A stretch of DNA of 34,122 nucleotides from Kudoa neothunni (taxonomy: Eukaryota; Animalia; Cnidaria): positions 1 to 34,122 of the forward strand of contig OZ199840.1 of the NCBI GenBank assembly GCA_964304625.1, given 5' to 3'. This document shows, in pieces, positions 23,340 through 34,122 of the stretch. The position numbers were made by a program, and so were the translations under genes. How positions within the stretch are numbered: the stretch's first letter is position 1; the number at the start of each line of letters is the position of its first letter. The notes beneath the pieces were generated by a model, which made no database searches, was not told where the DNA came from, and was given only the letters and a program-made list of their open reading frames with translations.

Positions 23340-24810
23340 CTATAGCGACAAAACCCCGCTTCGCGCAAACTTCCTTGCCCGGCCAAGTAGACTAAAGCCT
23401 TGAGTAGGTCAAGGTCATGTCAGTTTAAAGTAAATTAAGAATATTTAGATAAATAATACAAACATGAGTCGTTATACCCGGCTACGCTCGAGGTTTTGGG
23501 AATATCTAATTCAGGAAAAAAATTGAAAAAAAAATGATTTAAATTATATTTTTTAAAATAATAAACGTTTCATTATGTTAATAGCACAAATATTTGTCGA
23601 AAATTTACTGCGCAAAATAAACAGCCATAAACGAAATATAACAAAATTTTACTTAATAATGTAATTAGTTTTTATATTTAAGAAGAAAAAGAAAAAAACC
23701 TAATACAAATAAATGAACCTCATTTCGTTTAAATCTCATCATCATTATTTGCTGCATCCGTGGTTTTAAGAAACCATGAAAAGCAAATAGAAATCAACGT
23801 ATACGTGAGGAATTACACCGGAATACAACTATACAGTCAACGTATAAAGGGATATAGAATAAGAAATTGAATTCTCACTTGAATTCTTTTAGGGGCCTGT
23901 TAGTTGAATCATACTTATAACAATGTGGTAGATTAAATTTTTAACATTAAATCCTATAAACTCTTACCAGCGAAATTTCGTCAAACACTAAATTTTGAAA
24001 AATGCAGACAAACAAAATTCAAAATACTTCCACAAGCATATTCAAAGATATAACAACACAATACAAAGTCACAAATAAAACTAATGCGTTCATTTAATCA
24101 GGATTTGTGGTTGCTTCAAGATTTTAGGTCAAATTGGCCCTGGAATTGGATTGTAGTAGTTTTAAGACGATGGCGAACCGACATTTTACAAAATATATTT
24201 CTTGGAAGATTTGCATATGTAAACATAGAATTGATCAGCAACACGTTCCCAGAATAGATACAGATACGTATTTTTCTAACAACCAATATATGTTTAACAA
24301 GCAAAATAGCCAAACCTACCATTTTTAGATTGTTTGGAAATCCACCCAATTTCTCATCCTATTTCAATGAAAGATACTAATGGCATTCTTAAGAAAATAG
24401 AGGTTGATATAACACTTCAAGTCACTATTAATGGTCCCCATAAAGTTAGATCAGCAGCGTGAAGTATTAGACATTTTTTTGTAAAATTAACGCAACACAC
24501 TTCAAACAATAATCGAAGCACAATAATCGCATAACCTACTGCAACACCAAAAATTAAATGTCGGGGATGATGAATGTTATCAGTTTTGCACTCCAAAAAT
24601 TGGCAAACAAAAGTGTGTCGTGTAAAGTTTCTACTTATATCGCTTAATGATGATACAATAATGTTCCACATAACATGGTAGATATATTCCGAAAAATAAA
24701 ATCAAAGAAACATTGTTTCATATAAATAAATTTGAATGAAATTTATATAAACACTGAATTTAAATAGGCGAGTAAGATCCATAAAGATAAGAAAATGATA
24801 GCATAGCCAG

Positions 24811-27800
24811 TTACCGTAATATCTCCCTATAAACTATATTTTTGGTCCGACCATTCATTTGGAGAAAAACTGTATAAATTGTGTTTGGAACCTACCCTGG
24901 AGTTGGCGACATACAACTGCTCATGAGAAAAACGCGGTTCCTCCAAATTTAAATTGGCAACTTTGAAGGTTTGCTCTTGGGCCTTATTTACGAACATTGC
25001 AAAGCATGGTTTGATGGGAAATAGCAGTCTTCTAAAATTAAAGGTGGCGTCTGAAGGAGCAATCGGAATATTTACATTCTCTTAGGCACAACCAGTTACG
25101 ATAGTGGCCAAAATAAGATAAGACATTAGCGACTTTACCATTATACGAGTGCCGTAACACAACCTTGGTGAATCCAAACTTCTTAGCAATATAATTGGAA
25201 TGGCTAACTTTAGAAGAATCTTGTGCGAAGGAACCCCCGAAAGCTCTAGAGTCTAGACTGTTGAGGAATTCAACAGGGAAATTGACACACTGATATTTGT
25301 TCACAACAGTGACATATGGTTTATACACTGAAGAGTCGCCTGGAATAAGACGAATCAATCTATCATTGATTTTGTTTACGGAATGGTTTGTGGGGGTTTA
25401 GATAGTTCGTTCTGACAGCCAATTTGCGTATGAAAAGTTTGTTTGTATTTCTAGTAAAATACGGTCTATCAATTCATCCATGAACAAAACCAGGTTTGAC
25501 ACGGAGCATAGAGGATACATCCATCGGACTCAATGGTAAGTTGATCATCACCAATCCGTAGTATTTCTGAAATAGATTGACTGGCTCCTTATTCGTTGAT
25601 GATTTGCACTCAAATATTGGCGGTGAGATGGATGGTTTAACGTTTGCCCATGTGGAAGAGAACTTTATGGAACATTTTACTTGGTCATATCTTGTACCTC
25701 TCGTTATTAAGGGTAGAGTTTAACTAAAATCGCCAGACAAAATCATTGTGATTCCGCCAAATGGAATGTTTTTGTATGTTAAATCCCTTATTCTTCTATT
25801 TAAAGCTACGAAAAACACTCTGTTTGCCAACGTGCATTCATCCCATATGATGATCGTGCATCTGGTCAACAATTGGGACAAACCTGCCTCCTTGCTGATT
25901 GCACATACTTCGGCTCCATCACCCTTAATCGTGATTAGCAACATAAATATACTGTGGGCCGTGCCATTCCCTGGTAATAAAGTGGCTGCAATACCCGGAG
26001 AAGCAACAACGAGAAAATTTTAGAATCTATTCTTAATTCGGCAAATAAATGGTTTGACACTAATGTCTGACCTATACTACCTGGTGCACCAAAAAAAAAC
26101 GTTACAAACACCTATATTGTAATAAATGCTCCCCAACACTGTTTTGAATGCAAATCGTCGGTCAGTTGTCAGTTTCGTCTTGTTTATTTCTACAAACTCG
26201 GATAATTGTTCAGTGTTGTAGGTTAATTCTCTCTGGATTTCGTTTGGAAGAGAGGCGCAAAACGTTTTGTCCAAATGAGGAAATCCGTATGAATTTAACA
26301 TTACTCCATCCATTTGAATTAAGTGTTGTCTGTGTCAATTAGGGTCATGTTAAAAATGTCAGAATTAAAAATCACGTTTGGCATTAAACTGGTTTGTTAC
26401 AGTTGATACCGCTAACCTTCCGACATAGGTTTCCTAAAAAGTAACCACAGTTTATGAAGCTGGCGCATTTCGCAATTTCTGATCAACTGTGCGAATAATT
26501 TTCGTAATTGACGTGGACTGTTTGCATGAGCAGCTTCCCTTAATATACATTCTCAGTGGTTGTCTCCCTTCAACAAATCACTTTCATTGCACGCTTCAAG
26601 GAATATTGGATATACCTGGCCGTGAACCTTTTTATGATTTTCAAAAGTTTTAGGCCCATTTACACAATGGAGCAACATCCTCAAATAAAAACATTCTTGA
26701 TGTGAAAGATGTACACTGTAAACTCTTCCTATTGTAGAGTCGAATCGTATGCCTGGATGGCCTTCAACTGGACATCCTCTTTTCCCAATGCCAACTATTA
26801 TCCGACCATATGTAATAAGATGAGACAGAGCGAATTCGTCATTCTGGCATAGGCTGAAAAAGCGGTTAATCTCGTGTCCCTTTGGATTTTGTAACCGATT
26901 CAACAAAGTTTCGTCGGTGAAATAAATACGCTGACCGTTCTCCGAAATCCCTCACTACTGCTTATGTAGCGACCAGGCTGGTAATTGGAAACTTCATCCA
27001 AACGATCTTCTTGATTAGCAGCAAACATGGTCGCATCAAAACCTTTGTTTACATACTTGCATATATATTTGGGGGTCTTGACTGAATTGTAATACTCTAC
27101 ATTAATATGAGTATTGAAAATCTTCGTCAACAAAGGACAATAGGGAACAATCCACTTATTTTCTATGATGACTTCCCTATCGTTGTTCAGATGGATTGAC
27201 GCACCAAAACCCCATCTTCAGGTTTTCTTCTGTAAACATGATATCTTTCAGTGTCCGTCTGTGATAGTTTTTGGTGCATTCTCTCTGATCATACGTGCAC
27301 GGGCTTTTTGGATTTAACGCACCACAGAGACCATGGTTGTTCTTACAATCTAAAACAATACTGGACCTACACCTGGGTCTGGTAATTCGTTCGATATGAA
27401 TTTGTCGATATCATTGGAACGCAGTTTCTGGTTCATCCAGACCAATATATGAGCGTGTGGAAGCCCTCTTTGCTGTCACTCAATAGTATACATATAACAC
27501 TGAATTTCACCATAAAACTTCAATCTATGAATTAAAATCATCAAAACATTTAACTTCAAGTTGAATACTCTATCTACTATGTCCAGTCTCTCTTTAGATG
27601 CTTGGCCAGGAAATAACTCTTCATTCAGTTAGCTCCAAAATGGATTAGATTACATGTGAATGTTATAAATAGATCTGGCCCTCTAAAACATCGAACGTAT
27701 GTCATGGCAAGTGTCATGTACATAATCTCTTCTTTTAACAACGTTAAGTATTATAACCTCCTCCCAGCTCCAAAGTACAACACTTAACTTTTTCCTAGCA

Positions 27801-29672
27801 ACCGACTAATGTGATTCATAATCATCGTAAATGATTCTTCCCAATATTCAACAAATAGAAATACTCATTCCTTAACATCCATTTCATAACCTTATCCTAC
27901 AAGACGCCGGTAAATGAATATCTCCAAACATCACGTATTCCACGACGAGTTCACGCCACAACGCGGGTTGCTTCAATACAAAAATGTAGCATTTAAACAT
28001 TGTAGTAATTTATCATTAGTCTAATCCCCTTTGTTGTTTTACTTTCAAACTGTTTTCTTTTACTGGCGCTAGCATTCATAACTTAGTTACAACAACAGGC
28101 TGCATTTTCACGTTCATATAGCATGGTGAACCTACAAAAGTCGATGGCAAAGTATACAACCGTCCCGCCCCATTTATTTCACCGTTGCTACTAATACTAT
28201 CAATTAAATTGATGTAAGAATCAACACGAAGTCTATATTGTTTCGCTCTGATAAAACAAAGTCTCTCTGATTCCATCTTCACAAACATATCTACAGCATA
28301 TTGTTGGAATAATGTCCAAAAGTGATGAAGCATGTTAAAACTATTTTCCCCTTCCATAAAATGTAGAGAATAGAAATTCTGACATGAAACACTTTTTTTT
28401 GCGTCAATCTGTAGAATATGAAAATGGTAACCATCTTGATCATAGACATTAGTTAATGGATATTGCAAAACATAATGCGATCTGTATGTTTCGCTTATTC
28501 TTTATATTCTGTTATCCTTATTCCTCAAAACAATATCCTTCGTCAATGCTGCTCATCCGTCATTGCGATGGCCACCTCATTTCAAGTTGGAGAGTTGTAT
28601 TTTCTCTCATTTTCTCCTTGTAGAAGCTTGTCAGAGTTTATAATTATATCAAAATCAGAAGACGGGTGCATTTCTAAGTCATGCCTAAAACTGTGGATGT
28701 AGCTAGTGTGTCTGTGTAACATACATATCTTGAAGCGCTAAAATAATATCATGCCTATGCTAGAGATACATATTGGATCGATTTTGAGCTTGAAAATACA
28801 TGTTTTGTACGAAATATAATCGCAAGAATTTCGTTCCTCATTTTCAGAAGTCAATAGCGATTCAATTCGATGACACATTCGACCGTGAACCTTGAAAGTA
28901 AAGTAGGCATGAATCTGTCCCTACAAATTACGTTCGCTCCAAAAGATGTCATCTGGAAAGTGCAGTTGTATTTTCGGATATTTTGTAGCAAGTGTCTTGA
29001 AATTCCGGAGTCTATAGAAAATGAGATGAATCAGGTAGTGTGTCCAAAATAACATTACCGCCGGAACAACACAACCGTGGATTCATTTATTCACTTCTTA
29101 GCACGACATTTTTGGCAAATTTTCCAAATTGTAATATTCGTTTCATTTCCATGTTGTAGCAGAGGTCGTAATGCAAAGCGACCATATTCCAAGTATCATC
29201 AGGCATACTTCGCGTTTGTTGACCTAATAGAACAGGAGTGTAATAAGGTTCAGGTACAAATTTACTGTCTAATCCTGTGTTGTGTTCATTTATAGGTGAC
29301 ACTGCAGGACTCTGTTGAGTCGTCTCACATACACGTCGATTTCTATTTCTTACTCTATTTGCTTCTCGTCTTCGTTCTCTTTGCTCGTCGGCAATTACGT
29401 TGTGAGTGTTGGTGTGACTCCTGAGAAGAAATAGAAGCAAGTGGATTTCGATTTGAAATATGCATTCACTGTGATTCTAAATCACACTCAGGCCATATTG
29501 TTGTTTCCACAACTCTCCTCTCTTGTATTCGCCTAGTTCGTCGTAGCGATGAATGATTCGATGAATTGTGCATACATATTGTCCGTCCATGTGAACAGTC
29601 TAATCGAAAGCAGGGTTGAGTGTGCGATGTCTTGGTGTTATTAATTTGATGTAGCGCTGTAGAAAAACACAC
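24811..29672 (-). pseudogene. Helitron RepHel (HUH Rep + PIF1 helicase) pseudogene
   Basis: N-terminal Arg-rich repeats (..RR..ETT), CQKCRA Zn finger, IRKYNCTFQMTSFGA, LPSTFVGSPCYM, PDLFITF, E*QQRGLPHAHIL (HUH), KYICKYVNKG, GIAATLL, IIWDEC, PFGGITMILSGDF, FAMFVNKAQ, FSHEQLYVANSRV. Confidence 0.95.
27712..28094. mobile_element. Candidate solo LTR (383 bp) inserted in the Helitron Rep domain
   Basis: Non-coding TGT...ACA segment flanked by degenerate 5-bp repeats gcaag (27707-27711) / acagg (28095-28099). Removing it restores ..YMNVKMQPAMTYVRCF.. in frame. Confidence 0.7.
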
Positions 29673-29681
29673 TGTTTATGA

Positions 29682-29765
29682 TGATAACGGATAAAATGCC
29701 GCTTAGATGGATTATCCATTGTTTATTATATTGCAATGTTAAATAACATATGCAAATCCGTCACA
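29682..29765 (-). repeat. Putative 3' LTR of the BEL element (84 bp)
   Basis: Starts TGTGACGGA right after the PPT, ends TCCGTTATCA (imperfect inverted repeat), contains AATAAA; Helitron-like coding sequence resumes beyond it. Confidence 0.55.
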
Positions 29766-32700
29766 CTCCCCCAAATTAAGTTCAGAATCCATCAATTTCT
29801 AAGGGGTAGAGTTGAGCCAAAGATCTCTTAGATGTCTTTCGGTTACCAAACTTAATCATCGCCGACCTTATTTGATTATCATGACCCTTTAGCAACTGTA
29901 TGACTCTAGCAATTTTCTAGTTAAGCTTTGAGTCCTGGTCATGCACCAGAACGATATCGCCAACTTTAGGTGTCAGTTCACTAGGCGATTCAGTAATCAA
30001 CCGGTTGTTGTATCTTTCTTTCAAACTCAATAGGTATTCTCTTCTCCAATGATTATTGAATACTGAAAGTAATTTTTGACCCTTTTTCCAATGATTGATA
30101 ATTTGTTCCTTCCTTAGATCCATTTGAAATGTTTCCAAATCATCCTCAGGCTTTAAGGTATAAGGATCACGTCGTGGATTCAGTATCAGGAAATCATTAG
30201 GTGTGATGGGGCGAATAACGGAATCAGCATCAACATAGGTTAATGGTCGATTATTCACCACATTTTCCATTTCGAATAAAAATGTCGACAGATGAGATAA
30301 GCTAAGTATCTTCTTTTTGGTGGTATATTGAAAACAGTTTTTGACAATTTTGATTAATCTCTCATATACGCCTCCCTTCCAAGGAGCAAACGCTGGTGTG
30401 AATTTCCATACTACATCATTATTAGTGAGAAAATCTTTTATTATGGATTCAGCCAGTCCGAATTGTGTTGCGTTATCCGATAAAATTTCTAGCGGTCTCC
30501 CTCTTCGAGCGATAAACCTACGATGACACATCAAGAACTCTTCAGCGGATAAATTGTGAATGATTTCGAGGTGTATTGCCCTTACAGCTAAACATGTGTA
30601 AAGTAAAGGCAGATCCAGACCTTTTCATTATCTGATCCAATCATTACCCCAATTGGGCCAAAATAGTCCAGGCCAACATGAGTGAATGCAGGAGATACGT
30701 TAACTCTAGAGACAGGAAACGGTGGAACATTGTAAGGTTTACTCTTTAGTATTTTGCATTGATGACATTTTCTAATGAATTTTTTAACTTGAGATCGCCC
30801 TTTAGGTATCCAGTATTGCGATTGAACCACTGAAAGCGTATAAGATACACCACCATGAATCGCTCTAAGATGAGCATCCATGATAATGAGTTTCGTGTAT
30901 TTTGTTGGTCTTGGTAACAATTTAGGATTAATTTCATCATATGCAAGTTGGGCAAAATCAAGTCGACCAGCACATCTGACTAGATCATTTTTGTCGAAAA
31001 AAAGTCGTGGTAAGTTGTTGATTTTCACAGGTTCTCCATTTTTAACTGATTCGTATATATCATGAAGATGGCTTTTTTGAATCCACAAGTCCCACATCAT
31101 TCTAGCTCTTTCTAATTCTCGAGCCGTAAGACATCCATTTATTTTGATGTTTTCTCTAGTGTTATAACAAAAACGATTACACCGCGCGGTAACCCGTAGT
31201 AGCTTAAGTAGACTAGTAAAATTTTCAATTTCAATAGAGAATGGACTTTGTATTAAGTGATTATTTGAATCTTGAACAACCAATGTTTTTATTTGCGTAG
31301 ATTCATGCTTTGCTAATTCGACCAGCGCTTCATTAGGAATATTAAGGTTATCTACAGCATGCATAGACTTCCCATAACGATTCATCCGATTGTAGCCAAG
31401 TCGGGCCATTCCACCATAAAGAGCTTTCAGACAGTTCAGATACGAGCATTCCTCTTGTAGGTATATCCGCTGGGTTTTCAGCAGTAGGTACATATTTGAT
31501 TGTTATATCCAAATTGCATTTGAGTTCATTTATTCTATTTTTGACGAATATCGATAAGTTCTTTTTTGAATAATACCAATACATAACGCATTTGGAGTCC
31601 ACAAAGAGCATACATTTTGATATATCAATTAACAATTGGCTCTTAACAAAATGCAAGGAACTGCCAGCGATAATAGCTCCCATTCAATTCGAGATTCGAG
31701 TCTTGGTATGGATAGCTTTTTCATTGGAGCTATTCTAGCCTTGGCAAAAACTAACTTGGAATACCATGAACCAGACTTTTTGTAGCAAATGTACACACAG
31801 CAGGCATAAGCATTCATGGACGCATCAGAAAAGGAGATTCGTTGAGGTTCCTCAGAACCCTGAATATCAATGAAGCGTTGAATTTCAAGTTTTTCGATGC
31901 CAGTAATATCATTCATTATTTTATCTATTTCACTTTTGGCTTCGTCACCAATATAATCGTCCCAATTTTTTGATTCCATCCATAAATTCTTCAGAAGTAT
32001 TTTGCCCTTCAACATCGTTGGACAAAAAAATCCGAGTGGATCGAATACTTTGGATCATTGTTTTTGTCACATCTCGTTTGGACATCGCAGAATTGGTGCC
32101 GAAACCTCCAATTCTCAGGCTGTCAGATTTTGTATTCCAGATTAAGCCTAAGACATTTATCTGTGTTGATTGAAGTTTCTCGTTGGTTGGAAATAATTTG
32201 TTAAATTCATTGCAATTCGAGCTCTATTCCAACAGATTCATTGAGCATTTTTTGAAAATACTTATCATTTCTTCTCGAGCAGTCATCACTTCCTCAATAG
32301 TATCTAATCCAATTATGAAATTGTCCATGTAAACGTTCGATAAAATTTTTCGGCATAGTTTTGAATTTGAACTTTCCAAGTGATGTTTTATAGTCGAACA
32401 AAGAATAAATGGAGATGCCTTTATTCCAAATGGAACTCTTTTAAATCGATATATCAAAACATTGTTTTTAGAAATGCCATTGTTCAAATTTTTGATACAT
32501 AAGAATCTCGTCAGGTCTCTATCACTTTCTTGAACACCGATTTGCAGAAACGCTTTCTCAATATCGCATAAAACTATAAATCTTTTGAATCGCATACGTA
32601 GTAGAATCCCGGTAAGATCATTCAACAGCATAGGTCCATCCAGTAAACAATCATTAAAACTTTTCGAAAGCTTATTTGATTTATACTATGCATTAAATAC

Positions 32701-34122
32701 AATGCGACTTTTTGTCATTGGTTTGTTTGTTGGAGTTACCATATGATGAGGTAAGTAGTGACATCCCTTTAAACTTGGTTGATTTTCGTTGACTATTTCT
32801 ATTATCTCATTTTCCAGTTGATCACAGATTATATCACAATAAATTTTATATAATTCTTCAGAATTCAATAGTTTCTTCGTTAAATTTGCTAATTGAGCCG
32901 GGCAGTTGAAATAATTATGTGGCAATTTTGAAATATCAGCATTAAATGGCCATTTGATATGATATCGATTATTTTGGAATTTTAATGTACTTTTAAAATG
33001 TTTAATAGAAATCGTATGTTCTTCGTCAAGTGGGTCATCCGTTATACCGATCGAGTCCAATTTCCAAAGTTTTGAAACCTCTGTTTGGAAAGGTTCCACG
33101 CTGCTTACATCTGTTATAGGAGAAAGGTTTTTGTCGAGAGGATAATCACAGAAGAATACACAAGATGGATCATCGTGTACACTCACAACCATGTTCCCAG
33201 TTGGTATAATGCCAAAAATTGTTTTTATTAGATTGATAGGTCCAGTAGATGGATCAAGCTTAGAAACGAAGATTCTCCAGAAGTAGTTAGATCCAACTAG
33301 CAAGTCTATTCAAGCATTAGAATAGGGTGAGATTCCATCGGCGAATTTCTCCGTGCACGATATATTTTTGACAATATTATCAAGTAAGGGGACTTGAATT
33401 TTTGAGGAAATCATCGGGACAGTTCTAACCATTAATTTAAATATCTTTTCATTAGGTTTGTTAATGCAAATCCATGCAGTTGAAGAATTCAAAGATCTAG
33501 GTGAGGAGGATCCGAAAGTTGAGACCGTGACTTTTCCTTTTGATATGGGTTTTAGTTCCAGTTTTTTAAATATCTTCTCTCACGTAACTAGAAGCACTAC
33601 CAGTATCTAAAATAATGTTAGCATCAGCAACATGATGGGTATCGTATGGACTGACAAGTGTCGCTCTAAATGTGGGAATGAGTGCAGAGTTGATTTCTTG
33701 GTTAGGTCCAGAAGAATATAATTGAACGTTACAATTATCGTTCATTGAATTACCAATATCGCAAGGTTGAATATCCTCAGAGTCATTTTTTTGAGCTATA
33801 AGAACCTTCTCTGAATGAGTTTGGAATTTTTTCGGGCAAAGGCTACGATGATGATTCAATGATTGACAATGATAACACGCGTTATTATGATAGCAATTTC
33901 TTGACTTGTGAAATTTCAGGCATTTGATACATTTTTCTCCAAGTTTTTTAGATCTCTCCTTTGTTGAGATATACTTTCTGCAATCATCACTGTAATGATG
34001 GCCATTGCAGAAAGCACATTTCAAGCCTTTTGGTAACCGGCTGATGAAATTAGAGTTTGTTAACGTTTTATTAAAGGGTTTGAATGAAGTCACATTGGTT
34101 GTTTCCAAGAGTTCAAGAGACC
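29682..34122 (-). mobile_element. BEL/Pao LTR retrotransposon, decayed, continues beyond the window
   Basis: Three gag Zn knuckles (CAFCNGHHYSDDC, CIKCLKFHKSRNC, CYHCQSLNHHRSLC), protease ILDTGS, YLPHH, RT DIEKAFLQ/YMDNF, RNase H FSDAS, integrase HGG..C..C, GLDYFGP, SDNA, GGVYERL, LYPLE. PPT GGGGGAG at 29772-29766. Confidence 0.96.

Larger units (their letters stand above)
23340..29681 (-). mobile_element. Helitron rolling-circle transposon, decayed; 5' end hidden by the BEL insertion
   Basis: RepHel relic plus degenerate 3' termini (GC hairpin followed by a CTAG-like end) at ~23463-23493 and ~23340-23369. Confidence 0.85.

Noticed and set aside
2059-29919. TGA at conserved Trp positions in TE proteins (VR*L, PAI*Q, AII*A, GPK*I, E*QQRG), suggesting UGA=Trp recoding
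   Set aside because: Conserved Trp also appears as TAG (13508, ~17877, 29917), most TE Trp codons remain TGG, and the two intact host genes contain no in-frame TGA. Ordinary G>A decay explains it.
1-34122. CRISPR arrays, rRNA genes or prokaryotic operons
   Set aside because: No regularly spaced repeats or rRNA-like sequence were seen; introns and element content are eukaryotic.

Overview
AT-rich eukaryotic genomic DNA with very short (38-50 nt) GT-AG introns. The compact introns, very divergent proteins and transposon mix suggest a reduced parasitic animal such as a myxozoan; this is an inference. About three quarters of the window is decayed, nested transposable elements. These are a Buster-type hAT with TIRs and 8-bp TSD, a tRNA-derived SINE with 13-bp TSD, a ZNF862-like hAT interrupted by a Mag-like Gypsy that itself contains a Merlin, a pogo/Tigger relic, two further Merlin pieces, a second Buster end, a Helitron carrying a solo-LTR-like insert, and a BEL/Pao element with an apparently tiny LTR. 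Two intact host genes sit among the elements, both on the minus strand and both predicted type-I surface proteins. The first is a 9-exon, ~550-aa CD39/NTPDase-fold protein that keeps all ten family cysteines but has lost all five apyrase motifs, and sits on an S/T-rich stalk (a candidate pseudoenzyme). The second is a 1285-aa helical protein with a Cys-containing head, one TM helix and a tail with two Tyr motifs, architecturally like apicomplexan RBL/Rh invasion ligands. All alignments were done by eye; no database searches were run.
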